From positions 32,116,001 through 32,180,000 of the forward strand of contig NC_043003.1 of NCBI RefSeq assembly GCF_006345805.1: a stretch of 64,000 bases of DNA. Direction: 5' to 3'. The notes under the pieces were generated by a model. That model ran no database searches, was not told the origin of the DNA, and saw nothing but the letters and a program-made list of their open reading frames with translations. This DNA is from Octopus sinensis. Lineage: Eukaryota. A program made the translations under genes and the position numbers. The first letter of the stretch is position 1. Every line of letters starts with the position of its first letter. This document shows, piece by piece, positions 28,564 to 40,869 of the stretch.

Positions 28564-30811
28564 ATGGTGTGTGAGAGAGTGTATAAATACCGAAACCTGC
28601 TCCAGCATGGCCGCCGTCAAATGACTGAAACAACTAAAAGAGTATATTTATGTACGTTTCGTCTCGTTGTAATACTACAAGGTATTTGTTAATGTCACGA
28701 AAGAACCAATTCAATAATCTCCCGTTAACTGTATGACGGCAATATTAAATATGGTACATATCCACTTTCTACAAAAGATAACAGTGAGGATTTCGTTTAA
28801 CGGTTTTCAATGTTATTGACGTCGTGATACACCGGAGTTCAGATAAAAAATTACTATTGCACGTCGCATGAACATAGTTTTTTTCTTTTATAAAAAATAT
28901 TGTTTTACAGTTGAAAAATATAGGAAAAGTATCTTGAAACTAGTGCTTACGCTATTTTACTTCTCATTCATGTGCAAAGCATGTTTTTCAGTGTCGAGAC
29001 TTTTGTGCGAACAAACAGACTTCCATCTTCTCAATCCACATTTTTTTTCTTTTTTCATCTAATCTTGGTTTGTACAGAACTCTTAATTCACGAAAATATG
29101 TTATTGAAACTTGAATCAAAAAAATTTCGTAGTTACGAAAGGAAAATTTTTCATGGAAGACAAAATATTCTTAGTAAAAGGCTAAGCATATTTGATATTA
29201 AATCCACGATGGGTGTATATAGTAGTCCTAAAGTCAGTTCGAATATCTCCGGGACGGTTTCTAATCCACCAAATTTAATGATGGAAGAAAATACTCTCTC
29301 AATTTTTCTTCTGTTGTCCAATGTCCACCCATGAAAAAAAGTTAAATTTATCAAATTATGTATACTTACTAATAAAATTAATTCCAACTTATCGTATATT
29401 GTTTTTTCTTTCTTTTGTACATTATTGTTTATCTGAACTGTCGTCAATTTATCTGTGGATTCAAAGAATTTTTATATTTATCTTGCATTCTTTGGTTGGA
29501 AGAGATCAAAATAGTTGACAAAATCATTGAAAGTAATGATCCAGAATTTTCTTTTTACAATATTTTAAGTGATTTTAAACAAGAAAGTACTCTATTGGTA
29601 CAAATACCTCCTCATAAGTTCCATGGTGATTTCCAGTTTCAACGTAGTGTCTGTTATCTCTTGAATGCTCATAGAACCGCTTTATTGGTTTATCAGATGG
29701 TTTATCAACGTGCAATGGAAGTTTATTACAGTACGTTTTTTTCTTCAATATCAGTTGGAAATATCAAATTCCATCTACAAACAATATCATTTTTTAGAGA
29801 GAAACACACACATAAAGGAAGAGAGAGATTGGGAGAGGTAGATACAGAAAGAGAGAGAGAGAGAGAGATAGGGGGAGATAGACAGAAAGACGGAGAAACA
29901 AGGAGAGATATGTGTGGAAAGTTACATATTGTTCTATCCTTATTTTAATACATTTTTTCCCTGAAATGCAAAATAGTTTCTGTATCAGAATTCAGCATTT
30001 TTTCGAACCATTTTAGATATATGATAAGAAGCCATATGAGCGTTTCCAGGAACTGTTATACTTTTAAAAGCATTTGTCTGTTTTCTCTGGTTTTCTGACA
30101 GTCTTTTATAATAATTTAAATCTAGTCTTCATATATATATATATATGAATGTTTAGTTTTGAAGTGTTTGTGTAACTCGCCAGAAAGCATTGACTCGTTT
30201 GATACTTTATATCGAGATGTCGGAAGCATAATTATGTTTGGTCTTCATTGCCAAAAAACATGAAAGTTTATATATCTGTTGCTGCATTTGTGATTAAGTT
30301 GCGCTTTTATCATTGTATGTATAATAATTTTTCGCTTTTGAAGTATGCAAATTATCGAATCCACACTCACTAAATTTAACGTTTCTTATTTAGTAATTTG
30401 TGTATGACCGAAACTATGTATACAAACAGGTGAAATAGGTGATTATTTTAAACCAAATTTAAGAATAACAACGGAACAAGTTCTCATTAGAGGGACTCGG
30501 TACAGAGAGTAGAGTTATCTTTATTATAAAATGGGCACTCACTGCAGCATTAAGCTTCGCCTAAGACCTTACAAATATGCGCGTTCACCCGTTTGTGTAT
30601 ATATATATATATATATTTATTTATTTATTTATACGTGTGTATGAAAGTGTGTCTATGTTTATATATGTATGTTTTCATATATATATATAGAGAGAGAGGG
30701 GAGGAGAAGGGGAGAGGGTTAGATTTATTGACACGTAGAAGTATACACATGCATATACAGGCACAAACACAGATACACAGAAACACACACGCACATTTAT
30801 ATATGTATACA

Positions 30812-31532
30812 CGACGGGGCTCTGAAAATTTCATGGCTTTGGGCAAAAGTAAGTACAAGAGGATCAGCTAATTATAATTTTATTCAACACTAGCAGTATC
30901 GCCCGGCGTTGCTCGGGTTTGTAAGGGAAATAACTATTATAAGCATTTTTAGAGAGTTACTTCCCTTATAGATGCCAATTCGGGCTTTCTTAGCCATTTC
31001 TATTTTGGTGCCTTCAAGCCATGAACTCGTTGTTCTAAAAGAACGCTGGTCTCCTTGACAACGCTTTACGACGTTGATTTCCTTACACTCCCTTCCCCAC
31101 AGCTTCACGAGGGAGGGAAGAAGGGGGAGAAGCAAACAGGTGCAGGTGTGACCATGGACGCCAACTCCGCCGCCATCGACACACGAAAAATTATGCATTA
31201 AAATGGAATAAAAAATGATGTTAAATTATTTTTAAAATCGTAGACTCATCGTAGACGCGCGCTAATACTCTGACGGGCTCGATATGAAACACGACTATAA
31301 GATACCCGAATTTGGTTAAACTGCACCGCAAAATGTGGGAGTAGTTAGGAATCTAAATCGAAGGGGACAGACACTCACACAACTACAGTTTTATATATAT
31401 AGATATTCCCGACTAACATTAACACACTTATTGCAGCGGTCCTTCAGTTTTTCTAAGCCCTGTAAAAGAACTCGGAAGGAAGGTTGACTACCAAACCAGG
31501 CTTTTCGCCAGGAACTTTTCAGCAACCCCACG
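30812..31532. mobile_element. mariner/Tc1-type MITE interrupted by a Helitron
   Basis: Imperfect TIRs CGACGGGGCTCTGAAAATTTCATGGC and GCCAGGAACTTTTCAGCAACCCCACG|TA; the interior matches the 14.4 kb copy once the Helitron is removed. Confidence 0.7.
30890..31403 (-). mobile_element. Non-autonomous Helitron (514 bp)
   Basis: Minus strand starts TC(TATATATATAAAA) and ends with the hairpin CCCG-AGCAACGC-CGGG 8 nt before CTAG; inserted between A and T with no TSD. Confidence 0.88.
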
Positions 31533-32658
31533 TACAGTGGTGAGAGTGAAAAATCCGTACACTTCGATACTGAACATTCAACTATTCAAATATTTGATCA
31601 CTGAATTACCTGATTCTGAATTGACGTGTAACGTGTAATGCTCTGATAGAATCAATGTGATGTAATCTTACCAAGTTTATATTCTTTCAAGTAAAGAGAT
31701 AATCCAGTTGGTAATTATATATACAACGTTCATAAAAGTAGGATGCGTGTAATTCAGCAAATCTTTTGGTTTTGTACTGTCAACTCGTATTTCATGGCCA
31801 TACCCTACAACAATATTAATTAAGAGAATCACTACCAGAACGACGGAATGTTCTTCATGAATTACGCCCTATTTTGTGCGTTTTGGTATGAAAACGTTAG
31901 CGATATAAAAAAATTAGGTTTCAAGAACGTGTTGTTTTTATATATACAATCAAGATGTATGCATATGCACAAAACGAACAACACTTTGCAAGGTTAGTTA
32001 CAACATGTTTTCTTCAAAAATAAAATCTACCAAAGTTTGAACGATTTTGGGGACATTCGGTGTCTCATACTGTCTCCTGGGTTTGTATGACCCTATAAAA
32101 TGGCTCGACAAATGTCTAAATTTTAGTCTAGCTGTGATCAACATATTTATCCGGAACTATAGCATGTTCTGGCATGAGATTTCATTGAGGGAAGACGCTC
32201 TTAATACGATGAAATATGTATGTGTGTAGTGAGTGTGTGGGTATGTGTGTGTGTATGTGTGTGTGTGTATGTGAGTGACTGAGTGTGTATATATCTTCAC
32301 CACTCATATTAAAGTATATCTCCAGCGAGTTAACTTGAGATTCCTTAACGAAAATGTAACCTTCATACTACTAAGGTACCTTCGGCCGAATGAGTAACTA
32401 GTGGAGTACCCCTCATTGAGTTACTTTCATTTCTGAGGATTGCTAGGTAAGAAACTGTTGTAAGGAATTAATAATAATGGTACACCCCTCCCACGTGACG
32501 AAAGGAATAACCTAATCTCTATAAGTGAAGAGAGGTACATGAAATTCTCGAGTACATAGTATGCACTCAGAGATAATCGTGTCGTTACTGGTTTTACTCT
32601 GTATACTGTATACCGAAGTGGGCGTTATAACAATCCAGCATTGTAAGGATTATAACTG

Positions 32659-32671
32659 TGGCGAGGAGGAT
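32659..32671 (+). promoter_or_regulatory. Primer-binding site, probably tRNA-Ser(GCU)
   Basis: TGGCGAGGAGGAT lies just after the 5' LTR; one mismatch to the complement of the recalled tRNA-Ser(GCU) 3' end (TGGCGACGAGGAT). Confidence 0.65.
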
Positions 32672-32925
32672 TTAAACAACTCAGGTGGAATTAATAAACT
32701 CGACGAGGATTTAAACACCTCACTAGAAATTAATACACTCGACGACGATTTAAACACCTCACGAGAAATTAATACACTCGACGCTTAATACACTCGATGA
32801 CGATTTGAATAACTCACGAGAAATTAATAAACACAGCGAGGAATTAATAAACTCGACGAGGATTTTGACAACTCATGAGATATTAAAAACTCATGGGGAA
32901 TTAACGAGGAGTTAACAAACTCACA
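32662..32925 (+). repeat. About 39-bp tandem array in the LTR element leader
   Basis: Unit CGACGAGGATTTAAACACCTCACTAGAAATTAATACACT, several full and partial copies. Confidence 0.85.
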
Positions 32926-33179
32926 AACATTTTTGTTGTGCGAATTTTACAAACACAAGTCGTAAAATTATGGAAAAGTTTTTGGGTGGTTTGTTCGAGT
33001 TGCAAAAAGCAGCAACAACTGAAAGTTCAACAACAGCAGCAGATATAACTGCAAGAGAAACAGCAGAGGCTATACCAATAACGAATAATATAACAGCAAC
33101 AAATACCAGGAAAGTACGAAAAAAGCGTTCTCGTCAGACTATGTCGCGAACTCCATAACAGAGATCAAATACGAACCTG

Positions 33180-34240
33180 ACGAAGGAGTTACCTTCGAAG
33201 CATACCACAGAAGATATGAGTAAATCTTCGATAAAGAGTGTAGAGACTGGTACGACGAGATGAAAATGTGCTTAATCTGAAGAAAACTAACGACAGCAAG
33301 ACATGAGCGTTGCAGAAATTATGTACTTCCATAAAAAAAAAACCTTCGGACATAAACTTTAATGACACAATAGATATATTGTGTAAAATTTTCAGTGAAA
33401 AAAGCTCATTGGTCAACATACGTTGGAAGTGTCTGAACATAGGGAAAAACAATGACAAAGACTACCTCACATATGCTGGTAGTTTAAAACGGGAACGTAT
33501 AAAGTTTAAGCTGGGCGAATTAACTCGAGATATGTTCAAATGCCTGAATTTTACACAGGGATTTACTGCCGAAATGACGCAGAAGTTAGAATTAGAATTC
33601 TCGCTAAGCTGGGACAAAACCAGCATGTAACCCTACAGCAAGTGTCAGAAGAATGTGAAAGGATAGTCAAATTAAGATACGACAAAGAGGAAACTGAACG
33701 TAAAGATTATTTCCAAGTAAAACAAATGCGAAATAGTCAGAATAGAGATAAATATGTTCCTAAAAAACACGTCAAAATCAGAAAATAATCCCATGTTCTG
33801 TATGTGGAGGTATGCACCTCAGGAAAAATTGCCCATTTAAAAAAGCGAATTGCTTTCGTTGTAGTAATATCGGATATATAAACACGCACAGTAGAACGAA
33901 GATGACAAAACATCAGAACAAAGGGGAAAAAAGATTAAATAGAACGTCATCGGAAAAAAGTTAGTAATATAAAAATGATGAAATTTGTGACGGTGAAAAT
34001 TAGAAACACAAGTGTTAAAATGCAATTGCACACTGGTTGTGATATCATCATTATAAACGAAAAAACATGGAGATAAGTCGGTAAGCCGAAATTAATTAAA
34101 TCGAAAAAGATTGGTAAAAGATAATATTTTTTCAGTGAATTCGTATATAGTGTAAGGTTTCGAGGTCAAACAAAAAAGGCAAGGATATGTGTATTAAAAT
34201 ATTCACTTAATCTATTTGGCACAGAGTAGGTAGTGCTATT
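33180..34240 (+). pseudogene. Gypsy gag (with Cys/His knuckles) and aspartic protease remnants
   Basis: FNDTIDILCKIFSEKSSLVNIRWKCL...; CSVCGGMHLRKNCPFKKANCFRC; VKMQLHTGCDIIII (DTG motif with D mutated to H); stops and frameshifts. Confidence 0.8.
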
Positions 34241-34384
34241 CAGATTGTGGGATACACCCATCAGCGTTCAGTGTAGAAATATAGTTGGGTCAGCCAAAAG
34301 TTCAAACGTGACTGAGGGACTGAAACAAAAACGTGCAGTAAGACAGAGTGGAACGCCAGTATGTAAACCAAAACGAAATGTAAA

Positions 34385-35061
34385 ATTGTCCACGATAAAA
34401 GTAAACCTTGCTCAAAAGTAGATGTTCTGTGATCGAGACTATACATTAATTTCGCTAGTCCTTTAAATGTTTCTTACTACATAATGTTAGTTGATAGTTT
34501 CTCGAAATGGCCAGAAATTTGTAAGTGTAAAAAGCCAACCTCCTCAACTGTGAGACATTTTTTACACGAATTGTTGCAAGATTTGGCATCCCAGACAAGA
34601 TAGTGTCCGACAATGGAACGCAATTTATTTCATGGGAATTAAAAAAGTTTTGGGAAACGTTCGCGGTAGAACATAAAACTACTGCCCCATATCATCCCAG
34701 ATCTAATGTACAGACAGAATGCTTTGTCGATATCTTCAAAAGAGCCCTAAGTAAATCGAATAAGGAATTCACAGATGAGGTAGCTCTACAAAAATTTTTA
34801 AGAGTGTACTGTGTAACATCAAATCTGAATGCACCAGCAGGAATGTCATCAGCAAAGCCAATGTTTGTGTGGAAACTAAAATCAATCTTCGAAAAATCGC
34901 TGCCGAGAAAGAAGAGAAAAAGTGCCAAGGAAAACATAGCAGGATTCTTTAAAATTGGTGAAAATGTGTTTATGAGGGCATATAAGAATGGAAAGCAGAG
35001 TTGCGAAGATGGCGTAATTACCAAATGCATTGGTAAAATGTTGTATTGTGTAAAAATATAG
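34385..35061 (+). pseudogene. Gypsy integrase remnant
   Basis: RLYINFASP...VDSFSKWPEI...IPDKIVSDNGTQF...TAPYHPRSNVQTECFVDIFKRAL, the retroviral-type DDE core. Confidence 0.9.
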
Positions 35062-36096
35062 AAAACGCATACCAGAAAGACACAGGTGCAACTGAAACAG
35101 AGATTTGTGGAAAGCGAACAGAAGTTGGAGGAACTGATGGAATGGTTGTACGATACGTTCTAAGTGCCAATGCCACTGCAGGTGATCGAACCTAGGCGTA
35201 CAAGTGAGAGGAAATGAAAAGAGGGAGTTCTTGAAAAGAGATGCGAAGGGCCAAAAATATCAAATTGTACGAAAAAGAACTAAACAAAGGGAAGTTAGGA
35301 GAATAAAAACAGAATATTGCTAAGTAAAATGACACTCCCTAAGAAAAACTTAAAAGGAGAGATGTTGTAGGGAATTATCAATAACGGTACACCCCTCCAC
35401 GCGAAGAATGGAATAACCTGGTCACTACAAGTAACGAGAAGTACGTGAAGTACTGGAGTACGTAGTAGGTGGTCAGAGATTCTCATGTCTTTACTGGTTT
35501 TACTAAGTATACTGTATACTGAAGTGGGCGTAATAACAATCCAGCATTTTAGGGATTATAACAGAAACATATGTAACCTGATGTAGTCTGCATTTTACCA
35601 GCTCCGTTCCCTCAATTTGGAGTTATATATATATAACTGTGTGTGTATGTAATCAAATGACTTGTGGCCTCCGAGGATATGTCAGCGGTCTTAGAGATCC
35701 CCATGATTGACTCCCAAAGGAACAATAACCTATAAAGGACTACTTTTCAAAAAAGAAACACATCTTCGGTTCGGTAGTGGATCTGGGCGGCTTCTGTTCT
35801 GGGCATTTAAAAAACATTGTAACAACATATCGGCTGTTGTGACACACCAATCGAGTGCTGCAACGAAGACCAAAAATAAAATGTGACGGAGAGTGCAACA
35901 ACTGGTATCACCTGTAAATTGACGACAGGTTTCTTGAATTCCATTAGGCAATGGTTACAGAAGCGATAAAGAACGCGAATCTACTTCATTATCATGGTAA
36001 TGAATTGGTCTAGGAATCGTTCTTATAGCAATGCTTTGTCTATGTGTGCGCTACTGAAATATTGATGATCTCAACCTTTCCATGTGTGTGTGTATG

Positions 36097-36215
<119 letters not shown>

Positions 36216-37740
36216 TGGTATGTATTTATTTATATTGTGAAAAAGAAAACACATGAATTAAACAATAATTTCCAGTTAACAACGAAAAATACAAGTTGCA
36301 GAAATGTGTTAATTTTTACAATAACACGTACATTGATGAATAAGCTTGTTTGACGTCATACATACAAAAAGCGTATTGATGTACTTGTGCTAGCAGCTAC
36401 CGAGAATAATGCAGTGTGACTTCACATACATAAACATACACGCATGTATATATATATATATGTATGTGTGTATGTATGTATGTACGTATGTATGTATGTA
36501 TGTATGCGTGGATGTGGTGTGCGTGTACATGTATGTATATTGTTGTGTCTCGGGAGAGTCATTACGCCAATAATAACAACAACAGGTATGTGTATTCAGG
36601 TATCTACACAAACATACAAACCCTCGCACGGGCGTAGAATATAGGTAATATCTAGTTTTCTAATACCATGTCAGTATAGGACAAAAGCTCCTCCAATCCA
36701 TAGCTATCCCGTTTCTTTCGATGAAGAGTTTAGTTACGTCTAGATTATCCTATTCGAACATTTTATAAGACTATAGTACGGTGTAGGATTGAGATGTGGC
36801 TGCTATTTCTGTTTGTAGGACGCTGAACGACGACAGATATTAGATTCCATCACTGGTTCGCGCACCACCTTCGCTTTTTGATCTGTATTACAAACCTTAG
36901 ACTCTCATACAAAGACGAAACACGCTGTATACGGAGAGAAGGAGCCCACATCACACACACGCATACCTTCAAACACATCGAAAATAATATTGACTATTGT
37001 AAATGCTTTCCTTTCGCCTATACGTGTATATCTACCTGCTTCTCATTCTCTTATATTCTCTCGTTATCTCTTATCTATGTGCGTTTCGTTTGAGCTCTTG
37101 CTTTTGCCTTTCGAATCTTTATTCTTGTTGTACTCCTCTTTCTCTATATATCTGTATTGCTAAATATCTATTGACCGATCTCTCCCTCTTTCTTTCTATG
37201 TATCTCTCTCTCTGTGTTTATCTCTCTATTAGTCGCACACATACGCACACTCTCTATCACCACTTTATTACACTCTCACGTTGATTAAGCCACGCACTAA
37301 TGTGTGTCTCTAACATTATTAACATATCTCTCATATCTCTATTACCAAATATCTATCGAACGATATCACGCTTCCTCAGTCCCTCTCTTTGCATATATAT
37401 ATACAAATACATACATATATATATATATATGTATAATGTATGTAAGTACATATATACATATATGCATATATGTATGTGTACATATATGTATATATACATA
37501 TACACACACACACATATACCTTTATATATATGTGAGTGTACGTCTGTGTGTGTGTGTATGTGTGTATTTATATCACCTATACATCTATATATAGATCGAT
37601 GGATCGATCGATCGATATATACATTTACCTATGTTCATTTTCCAATAGTTCTCTGTTACGTTTTATCAATTTCGCTTAGTGATATTTTCTCTTTTCCTCA
37701 AATCACATTCTGTCTCTCGCTCTCGCTCTCGCTCTGCCTC

Positions 37741-37775
<35 letters not shown>

Positions 37776-38092
37776 TTTCCCGATATTTCTGTCTCTCTTT
37801 ATATATCTTTCTTTATTATCTCCAATCTATCTATATACTTATATTTTCCCGATTATACCTTGTCATATTTTTTTTAATATTTCCTTTGGACACATTGCAT
37901 GCTCTCCTTCACTCCTTTATGTATGTATGTATGTATGTATGTATGTATGTATGTATGTATGTATGTATGTATGCATGTATGTATGTATGTATGTAATTAT
38001 CTATCTATCTATCTTTCCATCTCTCTCGTTACGCATACATACATATAAACACACACACACACTTATATATGTATATTTATATGTATATATAT

Positions 38093-38179
<87 letters not shown>

Positions 38180-38319
38180 TATTGAATTTGTAAATGTCAG
38201 AGAGACATAAGCAGTGGTGAAGCGATATAGTGGTCGTATACTGTCAACTCAATGTGACAGTCCCGTGAGGGAATTACACCACCGCCATTTAGCCCTAGGA
38301 AACATCGACGTCTCCTGTC

Positions 38320-38395
<76 letters not shown>

Positions 38396-38680
38396 TGTAT
38401 GTATAAAATAAATGGAATAAAACTCATTAAGAACAGGACATCAACAACGTGTGAAAAATAGGTATACACACGAGAGATAAGTACGGGACGAAATACCAAA
38501 GGTGTAATACCTTCACAATATACACACATTATGTTTATCTGTACGTGTCTATGTATATATACATGCATATATACATAGCTTCATAATGTATCCATTACTC
38601 CTTATTTCTATACATAATTGTGTATATATCTATACTTAAATACAGACACATTCACACACATATATATTTGTGTGTGTGTG

Positions 38681-38726
<46 letters not shown>

Positions 38727-39030
38727 CATCCATCCATCATCCATCCATCCATCCATCCATCCATCCATCCATCCATCCATCCATCCATCCATCCATCGAT
38801 AGATAGATAGATAGATAGATATAGATATATAGATATAGATGGATAGATATAGATAGATAGATATAGATAGATTGATATAGATATATAGATATAGATAGAT
38901 ATATATATATATAGAGAGAGAGATAAATATACCGGAGTAAACACATAAATGTGAAACAAGGTGGAAAGAAGAGTACTCAAATACCAGCGGTAGAATAATA
39001 TGCTTTATTTAAAGCAGCGGAAAATTCAAC

Positions 39031-39077
39031 AAAACCTGTTACTCTGAGTTTCACGTTCCCGTTCGTCGGACAATTTT
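39031..39077 (-). ncRNA. Mirror copy of the family B hammerhead-like ribozyme
   Basis: AAAA-TTGT | CCGACGA | ACG-GGAA-CGT | GAA | ACTC-A-GAGT | A | ACAG-G-TTTT. Its differences from the other copy are one G.U pair and one loop base. Confidence 0.68.
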
Positions 39078-39146
39078 AGATAGATATATATAATATATAT
39101 ATATATATAGATACATATAGATATATATATAGCTGGATATATATAT

Positions 39147-39207
<61 letters not shown>

Positions 39208-39246
39208 ATCTATATATATATCTATATATATCTATCTATTTTTGCT

Positions 39247-39293
39247 AAAACTGTCCGACGAACGGGAACGTGAAACTCGGAGTAACAGGTTTT
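39247..39293 (+). ncRNA. Minimal type I hammerhead-like ribozyme (family B, CCGACGA core)
   Basis: AAAA-CTGT | CCGACGA | ACG-GGAA-CGT | GAA | ACTC-G-GAGT | A (GUA site) | ACAG-G-TTTT. Confidence 0.7.
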
Positions 39294-39367
39294 GTTGAAT
39301 TTTCCGCTTCTTTAAATAAAGCATATTACTCTACCACTGGTATTTGAGTACTCTTTTTTCCACCTTG

Positions 39368-39406
<39 letters not shown>

Positions 39407-39407
39407 A

Positions 39408-39478
<71 letters not shown>

Positions 39479-39483
39479 ATATA

Positions 39484-39528
<45 letters not shown>

Positions 39529-40211
39529 ATATATAGTTATTAGGTATATTCGGTAGTCAACTGAAGTGACGAACTCTTATCGTCCGAAATAATCAACTGA
39601 TTCATAACTTATCTATATATTTATTCATTTATTTATATTTGGGCTAAATATGGAGGGGTTGGCGACTCATGCAGCACTTTCCTGACGCTAAGAAGATGTT
39701 AGGGGCATGATGTTGCCAGACAGGATTTCATGCTCAACTACTCAATAATGTTTGTAGAGTTACAGATTACTATAGCTGTAGCATAAACACCCTGCTTTGG
39801 CTGAAGATTACCGCAAGTAAACATGGACGTATATGTGAGAGATATGAAACCATTTGCGCCAGGTTTATAGCTCTATAAGGTAATGATGATGATGGTATGT
39901 ATATATGTGTCTGTGTGTGTGAGTGAACTACCTATGTATGTGAGTAAACTTTCTGGTGTATGTTGCGTACCGTTACTAATAAATGAATGAAAAAATGCAT
40001 TGTAAATATACAGTGACAGATAAAAATGTATACGTATAAGACACAGAGTGTCACTAATTCTTCATCAGTTATCAACCAGAATGGTAATACTCAGTTTCGC
40101 ACCATTAATGATAAGATTGCTGGGCTTCCCATCTTGACGGTGCTTGCGAAAAACACAGAGAATCGGCTCTCACATATATACATACATACGTGTATATATA
40201 TATATATATAT

Positions 40212-40598
40212 GGAGGCGCAATGGCCCAGTGGTTGGGGCAGCGGACTCGCGGTCGGAGGATTGCGGTTTCGATTCCCAGACCGGGGGTTGTGTGTGTTTA
40301 TTGAGCGAAAACACCTAAAGCTCCACGAGGCTCCGGCAGGGGGTGGTGGCGTCCCCTGTGGTACTCTTTCGCCTCAACTTTCTCTCACTCCACTCTTACT
40401 TCCTGTTTCTGTTGTACCTGTATTTCAAGGGGCCGGCCTTGTCACTCTCTGTGTCACGCTGAATATCCCTGAGAACTACGTTAAGGGTGCACGTGTCTGT
40501 GGAGTGCTCAGCCACTTACACGTTAATTTCACGAGCAGGTTGTTCCAATGATTCGGATCAACAGGAACCCTCATCGTCGTAACCGACGGAGTGCTTCC

Positions 40599-40601
<3 letters not shown>
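40212..40601 (+). mobile_element. tRNA-derived SINE (family 2), full length
   Basis: A-box TGGCCCAGTGG, B-box GGTTTCGATTCC; head shared with the 58146 copy, tail shared with the 25.9 and 43.2 kb copies. Confidence 0.88.
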
Positions 40602-40638
<37 letters not shown>

Positions 40639-40682
40639 TAACATAATACATACATACATACATACATACATGCATACATACA

Positions 40683-40802
40683 GTTGTGGGCTATGCGGTA
40701 AGAGGTTCCTGCCCAACCACTTCACTCCAGGTTGAGGCCCATTGCGTGGAACCTTGGGCAGATGTTTTCTATACTATAGCCTCGGGCCGAGTAGATTTGA
40801 CA
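40683..40802 (+). mobile_element. Family 1 SINE head fragment
   Basis: ...ACCTTGGGCAGATGTTTTCTATACTATAGCCTCGGGCCGA matches the other copies. Confidence 0.6.
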
Positions 40803-40828
40803 TACATATACATACATACATACATACA

Positions 40829-40863
<35 letters not shown>

Positions 40864-40869
40864 CCATTT

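Larger units (their letters stand above)
32456..35563 (+). mobile_element. Ty3/Gypsy LTR retrotransposon, internally deleted (no RT/RNase H), decayed
   Basis: LTRs of about 201 bp (32456-32657, 35363-35563) starting TGT; 5-bp TSD GAAAC on both sides; PBS TGGCGAGGAGGAT; PPT AAAAGGAGAGA; gag, zinc knuckle, protease and integrase remnants in order. Confidence 0.93.
38956..39368. repeat. Long inverted repeat (arms 38956-39079 and 39245-39368) with (TA)n spacer
   Basis: 124-bp arms with about 6 mismatches by hand alignment; each arm holds a hammerhead-like fold. Confidence 0.95.

Noticed and set aside
32561-32788. 75-aa ORF with a signal-peptide-like start and repeats
   Set aside because: Lies across the 5' LTR, PBS and leader tandem array of the Gypsy element.
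32662-32925. Repeat array as a CRISPR-like locus
   Set aside because: Head-to-tail degenerate units with no unique spacers, in eukaryotic LTR context and without cas genes.
33177-33215. CTGACGA-AGG..CCT..GAAG hammerhead-like string
   Set aside because: Inside the gag reading frame; stems I and III are absent.
37300-38094. 264-aa hydrophobic ORF
   Set aside because: Built from TA/CT/TATG repeats; no recognisable family.
39555-39610. CTGAAGT-GACGA/TCGTC-CGAAAT
   Set aside because: A9 and the U16.1/H17 site are missing; at most a decayed remnant.
40212-40290. tRNA gene
   Set aside because: Has A and B boxes but no complete cloverleaf, and continues into a SINE body; the same applies to the other SINE heads.
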